Virus record (IMG/VR): IMGVR_UViG_3300042507_005553
Coordinates: 1-53,703 of that record
From: a virus
Lineage: Duplodnaviria; Caudoviricetes
Reading direction: 5' to 3' (one strand)
Length of the DNA: 53,703 nt
The translations under genes and the position numbers were made by a program. The notes beneath the pieces are model-generated. The model was given only the letters and a program-made list of their open reading frames with translations, did no database searches and had not been told where the DNA came from. Positions 46,146 through 53,703 of the stretch are shown here, one piece after another; position 1 is the stretch's first letter, and every line of letters begins with the position of its first letter.

Positions 46146-47750
46146 TTAATAAAACTGTTGTGGATCAACAGCGGTATTCTTTTCTTCAGGAATATCTATA
46201 ATAGCTCCTTCAGTTAATAATACAATACCAGCTACTGAAGCTGCGTTTTCTAAAGCACATCTTACTACTTTAGCAGGATCAATAATACCTTTATCTTTCA
46301 TATTTACATACTTATCATTTTTTAAATCATAACCTCCCCAAACTAATTTATCAGGTAAACTAGTCATAATTTTATAAATGTTTTCGTCACTATACCCTGC
46401 GTTTGATAATATTTTTCTAAATGGAGCAGAACATGCTTCATATACTATTTGAGATCCTATACTTTTACCAGTAATACTTTTACGTGCTTTAATTAAAGCA
46501 ATACCACCACCCGGAACGATGCCTTCATCAATAGCTGCTTTAGTAGCATGTAAAGCATCATCTACTCTGTCTTTTTTCTCTTTCATCTCGGTTTCTGTAT
46601 TGCCACCAACATGAATAATTGCTACTCCACCTGTAAATTTAGCTAAACGTTCTTGTAATTTTTCAGTTTCAAAAGCGGTTGTTGATTTTTCAATTTGGAG
46701 TTTTAATTCTTCAATACGTGAAGAAATACTTGTCTCATTACCTTTACCATCAACAATTGTAGTTTGTTCTTTTTTAACAGTAACAATTCTAGCTTCACCA
46801 AACCAATCCCAATTAAATTTCTCTAATTTCATTCCTTTTTCTTTGCTAAACACTTGTCCTCCTGTTAGAACCGCAATGTCTTCTAGAATTAATTTACGTC
46901 TATCTCCAAAGTCAGGGGCTTTAACAGCACATACTTTAATTGTACCTCTCATTTTATTAACAATAAGAGTAGCTAATGCTTCATTATCAATATCTTCAGC
47001 GATAATTAAAAGAGAACGACCAGTACTTGAAACTCCTTCCAAAATTGGTAAAAGTTCTTTTACTGTATTAAATCTACTATCTGCTATTAGGATATATGGA
47101 TTATCTAATAAACAAGACATAGTGTTATTATCAGTAACAAAATAATGAGATTTATAACCTCTATCAAATTGCATACCTTCTACTGTTTCTAGATATGTTT
47201 CTCCGGTTTTACTTTCTTCAATATGTACTACTCCTTCAATCCCTACCTTACTCATAGCGGTTGCTATTAATTTTCCAGTTTCAATATCATTATTAGCTGA
47301 AATAGTAGCAATTTGCTCAAGTTGATCTTCTGATGAAATTGTTGATTTAATATCATTATGGATATGTTCTACTACCTGTTTAACAGCAATATCAATATCT
47401 CTTTTAATTTGAACGGCATTTTCACCATTATTAAGGTATTTAAAACCCTCATTAATCATTTTACTAGCTAATAAAGTAGATGTTGTTGTACCATCACCAG
47501 CTGCATCTGCTGTTTTGATTGATGCTTGTTTAATTAATTTAATACCTAAGGTTTCCATGGGGTCCTCAGTTCCTTGCATTTTTTTTGCTAAACTCACCCC
47601 ATCCTTAGTAGATAATACTTGACCATTCTCTTCATAGAGAACATTTCGACCATTTGGGCCTAATGTTGAAGTAACAATATCTGATAGGGTATTTACCCCT
47701 TTTACTAATTTGTCTCTAGATTCCTTACCTAATTTTACTTGTTGTTTCAT
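46146..47750 (-). CDS. groL: chaperonin GroEL
   Basis: [51 protein letters not shown]. Confidence 0.97.
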   Translation of the reverse strand: MKQQVKLGKESRDKLVKGVNTLSDIVTSTLGPNGRNVLYEENGQVLSTKDGVSLAKKMQGTEDPMETLGIKLIKQASIKTADAAGDGTTTSTLLASKMINEGFKYLNNGENAVQIKRDIDIAVKQVVEHIHNDIKSTISSEDQLEQIATISANNDIETGKLIATAMSKVGIEGVVHIEESKTGETYLETVEGMQFDRGYKSHYFVTDNNTMSCLLDNPYILIADSRFNTVKELLPILEGVSSTGRSLLIIAEDIDNEALATLIVNKMRGTIKVCAVKAPDFGDRRKLILEDIAVLTGGQVFSKEKGMKLEKFNWDWFGEARIVTVKKEQTTIVDGKGNETSISSRIEELKLQIEKSTTAFETEKLQERLAKFTGGVAIIHVGGNTETEMKEKKDRVDDALHATKAAIDEGIVPGGGIALIKARKSITGKSIGSQIVYEACSAPFRKILSNAGYSDENIYKIMTSLPDKLVWGGYDLKNDKYVNMKDKGIIDPAKVVRCALENAASVAGIVLLTEGAIIDIPEEKNTAVDPQQFY

Positions 47751-47771
47751 AATTTGTTTTATTTATAAATT

Positions 47772-48458
47772 TTATTTTAATTTTTTCCATTCAAACCCCT
47801 TATATATACCTCCATATAAAACACAAGTGTTTATATTTGATTGAGATAAATTTAATGTTCTTGAGGCGTAAGCTACACTTCTCCATTCTTTAATAATTTC
47901 TCCGTTTAATATTTGAACTATTGGTCTTTTAGATTTTGATATACTTAGATTTTCTTTATGTTGATCAGTTTTAGGTTTTTGTAATTTTTCAGAAAAACCA
48001 AATGGTTTGGGAATGCTATTTTTTTTACCTATTTTTTTCTTAGATTCTTCAGTATGTTTAGTTTTTCCTTTCATTTTTTCTCTTTTCTTTTGGGATGCCT
48101 CTTCTGTTTGTTTTTTTCCTAGATGCGAAATTCTCAATTTTTCTCTTTGTTCTTTAGTTACTATTGTCCACCCTCTAGTTCTGTTAGTTCTATTATAGAA
48201 TTTGGGATTATTAGCAGCATCATATTTCTTTAACCAAAATTCCTCTCGTTCATTTAACTTAGAAATATCCTCAACATATTCTAATATAATTTCTTTTAGA
48301 TCACTTTCAGGTTCAATTACATATTCTTTATAAGCTATTATCCAATCTATCCCTGAACCCCTATAGTAATTACCCTTATTCCCATTGTGTTTCCCAATAT
48401 ATGATTTTCCTGTTTTTAATATTGTTCTTAAGTAAATGTGTGGTTTGTTGAAATCCAT
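47772..48458 (-). CDS. GIY-YIG (Seg-like) homing endonuclease
   Basis: HIYLR...SYIGKH, YRGSG, LNEREEFW, FYN, NUMOD3 repeats. Confidence 0.8.
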   Translation of the reverse strand: MDFNKPHIYLRTILKTGKSYIGKHNGNKGNYYRGSGIDWIIAYKEYVIEPESDLKEIILEYVEDISKLNEREEFWLKKYDAANNPKFYNRTNRTRGWTIVTKEQREKLRISHLGKKQTEEASQKKREKMKGKTKHTEESKKKIGKKNSIPKPFGFSEKLQKPKTDQHKENLSISKSKRPIVQILNGEIIKEWRSVAYASRTLNLSQSNINTCVLYGGIYKGFEWKKLK

Positions 48459-48475
48459 AATAATATTTTATTATA

Positions 48476-48520
48476 CATATCAACAAAAGACATATCAATA
48501 AAAGACATATCAACAAAAGA
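48476..48520. repeat. 3 x 15 bp tandem repeat
   Basis: catatcaa(c/t)aaaaga x3. Confidence 0.85.
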
Positions 48521-48527
48521 TAACTTT

Positions 48528-48821
48528 TTAATTAATTTTAGCAAGTATATTGTTTTCACATCCAATAAAATATTCTTCACCTTCAAATTCTAACTTTGTA
48601 AATCCCATAGAAGGCAATATTACTTTATCTCCTACTTTAAGTATAGTTTTAATAAAATTATCTCCAGTGATTGAATATTTTCCCGGACCTATAGCTACTA
48701 CTGTAGCTTGTTTATTTTTTTCATTCCCCATATCAGGGACTACTATTGAACCGAATTTGGACTCATCTTCCTCAATTGGTTTAACGATAACTGCATCGAA
48801 TAATGCTTCTAATTTTTTCAT
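48528..48821 (-). CDS. groS: co-chaperonin GroES
   Basis: LFDAVIVKP, GSIVVPD, VVAIGPG, LKVGDKV, ENNILA. Confidence 0.93.
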   Translation of the reverse strand: MKKLEALFDAVIVKPIEEDESKFGSIVVPDMGNEKNKQATVVAIGPGKYSITGDNFIKTILKVGDKVILPSMGFTKLEFEGEEYFIGCENNILAKIN

Positions 48822-48902
48822 AACTGTTTTTTTTGTTTAATTAAATATAATAAAGGTAAATTGAATTACCAAATCACCTTTCTGAATTCTGTTGATTTCA
48901 TA

Positions 48903-49148
48903 TTATTTGGCTTTATCGATCTTATTGTAAAGTGCTTCTAAGTATTCTAGGGCATCAACAATATCCTCACTCAATGGACCATCTTCTTCGATTCTATCAT
49001 TCAATACTTGTAGTGTTTTAATCACTCGAGAAACATCTTTTATATACGGCTTCATGTAAGCAAATGATACACCATAATCATCATCTTGTTCTTTAACTAC
49101 CTTTCTAACTTCTTCTCTAATTAGTTTTCTGAATTCTGTGATTTTCAT
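48903..49148 (-). CDS. small protein with MKITEFRKLIREEVRKVVKE leader
   Basis: leader motif plus ATATGTATA upstream. Confidence 0.6.
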   Translation of the reverse strand: MKITEFRKLIREEVRKVVKEQDDDYGVSFAYMKPYIKDVSRVIKTLQVLNDRIEEDGPLSEDIVDALEYLEALYNKIDKAK

Positions 49149-49180
49149 TTTTGTTTAAGTTTAATTGTTTAATATACATA

Positions 49181-49918
49181 TTATGCTCCTTGTAATCTTA
49201 CCAAGAAATATTTAGTTTTAATTTCATTCTTTTCAAATTCCATTACCATTAATCCTTTTTCACTTATACTTATAACTCCACCTCCCATATCTTTATTTGC
49301 TACTAATATTTCTTTGAATATTTCTGAGTTAAATGGAATACTAATTCTACCTGAATTAACTTCTGCAGGTATATTATATGTTATTTTGTTTGAATGTTCA
49401 TTATCCTCTCCAAATGTAAATTCAACAATAGATTCTTTACTACCTAAATTAATATCACTTTTAATAGTCATAAAATCTACCCCAGGCAATGCATTTTTAG
49501 CTTTAATTAAAGAATCTATATTTTCAGCATTTAGTGGAATTTTGATTTCATATTCTTGAGGTTCAGTAACTTCACCTACTTTTGGTAATAAAAACTCATC
49601 AGCTAAAGCATATGATAGATTAAAATTAGTATCTGAAATATATAGTTTAGTAAATACTTTTTGTTTCTTTTCAATAAGAAGTGAAATATCATTACTAGTA
49701 ATACTTAATAACTTAAGTAATTGAGTAGTATTAAATATAGGTAGTGTACAATTAGAAATTGGGAAATTATTATGTTGTAAACTTCCAATCATATCTTTAT
49801 TAGGTGATACAAATTTAATTTGTAATTCATTATTCTCAATATTTAATTTAGCTGTTTCAATTATTCCACCTAAATAATATTTAGAAATAACACTCTGTAA
49901 AACGGATTTATGCATCAT
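49181..49918 (-). CDS. DNA sliding clamp (gp45/PCNA-like)
   Basis: ~245 aa two-domain pattern (FNSEIFKEIL...ISEKGLMVMEF...KYFLV); between polymerase and clamp loader. Confidence 0.7.
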   Translation of the reverse strand: MMHKSVLQSVISKYYLGGIIETAKLNIENNELQIKFVSPNKDMIGSLQHNNFPISNCTLPIFNTTQLLKLLSITSNDISLLIEKKQKVFTKLYISDTNFNLSYALADEFLLPKVGEVTEPQEYEIKIPLNAENIDSLIKAKNALPGVDFMTIKSDINLGSKESIVEFTFGEDNEHSNKITYNIPAEVNSGRISIPFNSEIFKEILVANKDMGGGVISISEKGLMVMEFEKNEIKTKYFLVRLQGA

Positions 49919-49949
49919 ATTTTTATTTTTAATTAATATACGAACTTTT

Positions 49950-50849
49950 TTAGAAGGAGAAAAACTTCCCAATGTTTGGATTTAAACTAGGAAAATCCCA
50001 TCTTAGGTCAAGATATAGTTCTTTCAACTTATTCAAAAGCATCGATTCAAATATTTTATCAACGTCAATGTATTCTTTAACGAACTTATCGATCTCATCA
50101 GGTACCTTTGAATTTGGGAGCCCTATGGTATCTATCTGATATGGATTTTGTTTTAGGTTAATGATAAGTATTTTATCCCCTTCTATTATTGTTTCGAATT
50201 TTTTATCTAATTTTCTAAATTTAAGTAAATCTGAATAACGTACTGCTGCCTTTGTATTACTTGGGGCTTTAAGTCTAAATCTACTAAATATCTCTCCAGA
50301 TGTTGGAGGAATTATATATGAATTTATTTGTTTAACACCAGTTGGTTTACCTAATAATCTCGGGTCTGTTTGTTTTAACGAATTGTAAAAATCTATTATA
50401 GAATTGTCTAATTCATGTTTTGGTGTGTTAAATAAAATATTTTTGATGAAATTTTCTCCGAATTTTTTAAAAATTGGATTCATATTAGACTTCATTATCT
50501 CCAAACCCTTTAGATCCAATGCATCTTTATGATCGGAAGGAATTGTAACTCCTTCCTTATTAGTAACCCACATCCCATATCTTCTCTTACCTGTAGCTAA
50601 TATAGTAGAAGCAATTACCTCTTGTTTTAATTGAAAGTATTTATTTTTTGGAATGTTAAATAACTCATTACAAACATCCTCTAAGTTATCGTTTGCTTTA
50701 GACTGAATCTTACTAGCTATTTTAAGTACAAAATCATTCTTATTCTCCTCAGTAATATCTATACCCTTAGATTTCATATAATCTAAAACAGGTTTAAGCT
50801 CTATGTACAAACTATCTGTATCACTTTGAATAATAAAGTTTTTATCCAT
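49950..50849 (-). CDS. family B DNA polymerase, C-terminal subunit
   Basis: motif C QSDTDSLY, KRRY, LKGLEIMKS. Confidence 0.88.
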   Translation of the reverse strand: MDKNFIIQSDTDSLYIELKPVLDYMKSKGIDITEENKNDFVLKIASKIQSKANDNLEDVCNELFNIPKNKYFQLKQEVIASTILATGKRRYGMWVTNKEGVTIPSDHKDALDLKGLEIMKSNMNPIFKKFGENFIKNILFNTPKHELDNSIIDFYNSLKQTDPRLLGKPTGVKQINSYIIPPTSGEIFSRFRLKAPSNTKAAVRYSDLLKFRKLDKKFETIIEGDKILIINLKQNPYQIDTIGLPNSKVPDEIDKFVKEYIDVDKIFESMLLNKLKELYLDLRWDFPSLNPNIGKFFSF

Positions 50850-50855
50850 ATAAAT

Positions 50856-52613
50856 TTATTTTTTAAGATCTAATTCGAAATACTTTATTAATTCATCCTT
50901 AGACATTTCCATAACATTACCTAATTCACCATTTACATAATCGATAGAGGCTTTAGTAAGTCTTTGACCACTATTTGTAATAGCACAACTACATATCATA
51001 TGACCATCAGTATATCTCCAAACGTTTTTAGCAAATGTACCATACATAGCATTTTGGAGAATCTTAAATGCAAGTTGAAACGTATCATACAATGCAAACT
51101 TACTCCAATCCTCCGATTTACCAGCTTGTTTTTTCATTCCTCTATAATGTTCACGTTTCTCAAACCACTTTTCTAAAATAGTAGCTGTAACACTTTGTTT
51201 ATCAGTTCTAAACAATGCTCCGGATGCTGATATTGTGTATTTATTGTCCTTAATTATTTGTATAAGTTCTCCTAATTTAATCTCCTTTGAATCTAGAGTA
51301 TAATTAATTTTATTTAAACGTTGTATTATTATTTCTTCATTTGGATCCCTTTGTTCTAGCTTTTCTAATGAATAGTTTTGTTCGTATGTAGAATTTACTT
51401 CAATCCTTCCAACTAATGTTTCGATACCTAAATTAAGGGATTTAATAATACTAGGATATAGTGAGGTATAATCTAAATCTATACAATCATAATATAATCC
51501 AGGTACAGGATCTAAAAGATATCCTCCAGCGTATGTTTCTTCTCTATTTTTTCTTGATGGATTATGAGTAGTTGGTTTATTAGGAGAGATAATTTTTGAT
51601 CCTCGTAAGTATTTTAATATTGCCCCTTCACCTAAGACTGTGTTATAATAGATTTGATCATATGGAGTATTACAAATATGACTTATCATAATAGTTAACT
51701 CGATAAATTTAAGTTTTTCTTCTAATTTCTCAACAATCTCAACATCTCGAAGGTTATATTCAATAAATTTTTGTTTATCTGTTTTAAATAAAGTATTCAA
51801 ATTACTTTCATATTCTACTTTCCCTAATTTAACATATTTTTCTCCAATATCACCTAATTTATATGATGGTTCTTCCTTTGTTATATATTTTTTATGCAAC
51901 AGCATATAATCCAAATGATTAATACCACCTAATCTAACTGATAAAATAGCTGGATTATAATCTTGAACCTGAATTTTGCGGATTGGGGAAAGTCTAAGTC
52001 TATCTTCTTCATGTACTACATTTCCTAGTCTAAAGTATAAATAAGGCATATCGAAGTATTCACTATTCCATCCTACTACTATGGTTGGATCTATTTCTTC
52101 CCATTTATCCAAGAATTTTAATATTAATTCTCTTTCTGTTCTACAAGGAATGATGTGAGTATCTCCATCATTAATTTCTTCAATTTCTCTTGATTTATCA
52201 ACAATAAAACATATTTTAGTTTTAGTAGTTGAATCTATTAAAGCTATAGAAGTAATAGGAGCTTGAGCATCTTTTATATATTGAATTGTAAGCGCTCCCC
52301 CCATTTCAATCTCAATATCCAAAAATACAGTATTATGCCATTCCGGAATAACATCCTCTTCACTATAATATAATTCTCTCAAAGTATATAATTCAGGATT
52401 TATATCCTTTTCTAATAAATCAGGATCACTCCAATCCGCCTTCCCATTAACTGGAACACAATATCCTCCAGTTAGTACAGGTAAAGCACCGTCTTGTTGG
52501 TGCTTTACTCGTTTATAAAAAATAGGGTTATGTTTAAATTGATACCATCCTGACTTACAGTCTCTTAGAAAGATATTATATGTCGATCGGTCAAAGTATA
52601 TTGATTGGTACAA
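50856..52613 (-). CDS. family B DNA polymerase, N-terminal subunit (3'-5' exonuclease, motifs A and B)
   Basis: FLDIE, GWNSEYFDMPY, YNLRDV, DLDYTSLYPS, KILQNAMYG; TTG start. Confidence 0.92.
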   Translation of the reverse strand: MYQSIYFDRSTYNIFLRDCKSGWYQFKHNPIFYKRVKHQQDGALPVLTGGYCVPVNGKADWSDPDLLEKDINPELYTLRELYYSEEDVIPEWHNTVFLDIEIEMGGALTIQYIKDAQAPITSIALIDSTTKTKICFIVDKSREIEEINDGDTHIIPCRTERELILKFLDKWEEIDPTIVVGWNSEYFDMPYLYFRLGNVVHEEDRLRLSPIRKIQVQDYNPAILSVRLGGINHLDYMLLHKKYITKEEPSYKLGDIGEKYVKLGKVEYESNLNTLFKTDKQKFIEYNLRDVEIVEKLEEKLKFIELTIMISHICNTPYDQIYYNTVLGEGAILKYLRGSKIISPNKPTTHNPSRKNREETYAGGYLLDPVPGLYYDCIDLDYTSLYPSIIKSLNLGIETLVGRIEVNSTYEQNYSLEKLEQRDPNEEIIIQRLNKINYTLDSKEIKLGELIQIIKDNKYTISASGALFRTDKQSVTATILEKWFEKREHYRGMKKQAGKSEDWSKFALYDTFQLAFKILQNAMYGTFAKNVWRYTDGHMICSCAITNSGQRLTKASIDYVNGELGNVMEMSKDELIKYFELDLKK

Positions 52614-52614
52614 T

Positions 52615-52887
52615 TTATTCTACTGGTTTTTCTTTCTTTTTAAAATGATAGTTTCTTTTTTTAGGAGCTTCTTCAGTAACTACTGGTTCTTCAGTTACCA
52701 CCTCTTCAATAGTTATTGGTTCTTGGGGTACTTCCACTATCTCTTCTTTAGGTTCTGATGCTTGTAAAGCATTTACTTCTTTTTCTAGCTCATTAATAAG
52801 AGCCATGGTTTCATCAAATTTCATATTAGGTTGAGACCATTCAGTAACATGTCTTAATTGACTTATAATTTCTAGTAATTTTTCCAT
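52615..52887 (-). CDS. hypothetical acidic protein
   Basis: 90 aa ORF. Confidence 0.6.
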   Translation of the reverse strand: MEKLLEIISQLRHVTEWSQPNMKFDETMALINELEKEVNALQASEPKEEIVEVPQEPITIEEVVTEEPVVTEEAPKKRNYHFKKKEKPVE

Positions 52888-52898
52888 TTTATTTTTAT

Positions 52899-53357
52899 TT
52901 AATTTTTACCTGAACTTCCAAATCCTTTGTCGCCTCTAGATTGTGTGTTTTTTAATTCGTTAAATTCTTCATCATTCAATTCAATAATTTCATATTCTGG
53001 GATTGGGATTACTGCTATTTGAGCGTATCTTTCTCCTTCCTCAATAGTAACATCCACATCACCTACATTATATATTTTTACCCCTAAATCTCCAGTATAT
53101 CCTGGATCTATAGTTCCATAATGTGGGATTAAGTCATGTTTAAATCCTTTTGAACTACGTAATTGCACTTGTAACCAATACCTCTGAGAATCAGGGATTG
53201 TTAAATTTAATCCATTAGATACTACTGCTGATTTACCTGCAGGTATAACTGTTGTTTCAGTGCAAGTTATATCAAAACATGCACTTGTCGAATTATAGGC
53301 TATCGTTGGAATAACGGCCTTATCTGTGTTTTTATGAGCGTATATTGTTGTTATCAT
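52899..53357 (-). CDS. dut: dUTPase (trimeric)
   Basis: SACFDI, LRSS, GTIDPGYTG, ERYAQ, RGDKGFGSSG. Confidence 0.95.
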   Translation of the reverse strand: MITTIYAHKNTDKAVIPTIAYNSTSACFDITCTETTVIPAGKSAVVSNGLNLTIPDSQRYWLQVQLRSSKGFKHDLIPHYGTIDPGYTGDLGVKIYNVGDVDVTIEEGERYAQIAVIPIPEYEIIELNDEEFNELKNTQSRGDKGFGSSGKN

Positions 53358-53374
53358 ACTATGAGATTTAATTA

Positions 53375-53703
53375 TTAAAATTTAGCACCATTTACTGAGA
53401 TGGCATGAAGGAATTCATCACGAACCATATTATTGGGTTCTATAAATACACCAGAGAATTTGTTAGTAGTCATCACAGAGCCATGTTTAATACCTCTTGA
53501 ACTACAACAAGTATGTTTACAAGCAATACTAACTGCTACTGATTGGCATTGCATTTTATCAGCAACATAATTATGGATTTGGGTGGTTAATGATTCTTGC
53601 ATTTGTGGGCGACGAGAAAACCATTCTACAATACGATTTAATTTACTTAAACCAATTACATTTTCAGCCGGAATATATGCTACAGTAGCAAACCCAGTGA
53701 ATG
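53375..53703 (-). CDS. folE: GTP cyclohydrolase I (5' end outside window)
   Basis: frame extends to edge: AYIPAENVIGLSKLNRIVEWFSRRPQMQESLT...HTCCSSRG. Confidence 0.9.
   Translation of the reverse strand, partial: FTGFATVAYIPAENVIGLSKLNRIVEWFSRRPQMQESLTTQIHNYVADKMQCQSVAVSIACKHTCCSSRGIKHGSVMTTNKFSGVFIEPNNMVRDEFLHAISVNGAKF

Noticed and set aside
50849-50900. Intron or intein at the polymerase split
   Set aside because: Only 6 bp between the ORFs and no intein terminal motifs.
2164-51176. All plus-strand ORFs in the track (e.g. 2164-2481, 2890-3108, 6049-6420, 18690-19169, 40107-40469, 46843-47145)
   Set aside because: Antisense shadows of minus-strand genes or repeats; no recognisable motifs.
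1-53703. Stop-codon reassignment
   Set aside because: Core genes (GroEL, ligase, clamp loader) are intact under code 11, and TAG/TGA serve as ordinary stops.
1-53703. Integrase, transposase or reverse transcriptase serving the arrays
   Set aside because: No ORF shows tyrosine-recombinase R-H-R-Y, HUH, DDE or RT (YxDD) signatures that I can recognise; the enzyme, if any, is outside the window or host-encoded.

Overview
AT-rich (~25% GC by eye) fragment of a large lytic phage, probably infecting Bacteroidota (no Shine-Dalgarno motifs; TTGG...TATATT(G/T)A promoters). Essentially all real genes are on the minus strand. The right part (~32.8-53.7 kb) is core: folE (partial), dUTPase, a family-B DNA polymerase split into two genes, sliding clamp, GroES/GroEL, clamp loader, a PD-(D/E)XK nuclease, GIY-YIG endonucleases and a ~9.5 kb glycosyltransferase/methyltransferase cluster. 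The left part (~1-31 kb) is an early/accessory region punctuated by 15 copies of a ~65 bp early-promoter repeat. It carries DNA ligase, RNA ligase, a phosphoesterase, a RadA-like ATPase, two DUF932 proteins, AT-hook proteins, one tRNA(CAT) and several anticodon-less tRNA-like RNAs. The main discovery is two integron-like cassette arrays (2906-7334 and 28437-30507), each downstream of an early promoter. They are built from two alternating hairpin modules joined at GTTA/TAAC boxes. Both module types carry cargo (ORFs, ORF 5' halves, tRNA-like RNAs or an 11-nt empty loop), and several proteins are fusions read across the junction. No integrase is visible in the window.
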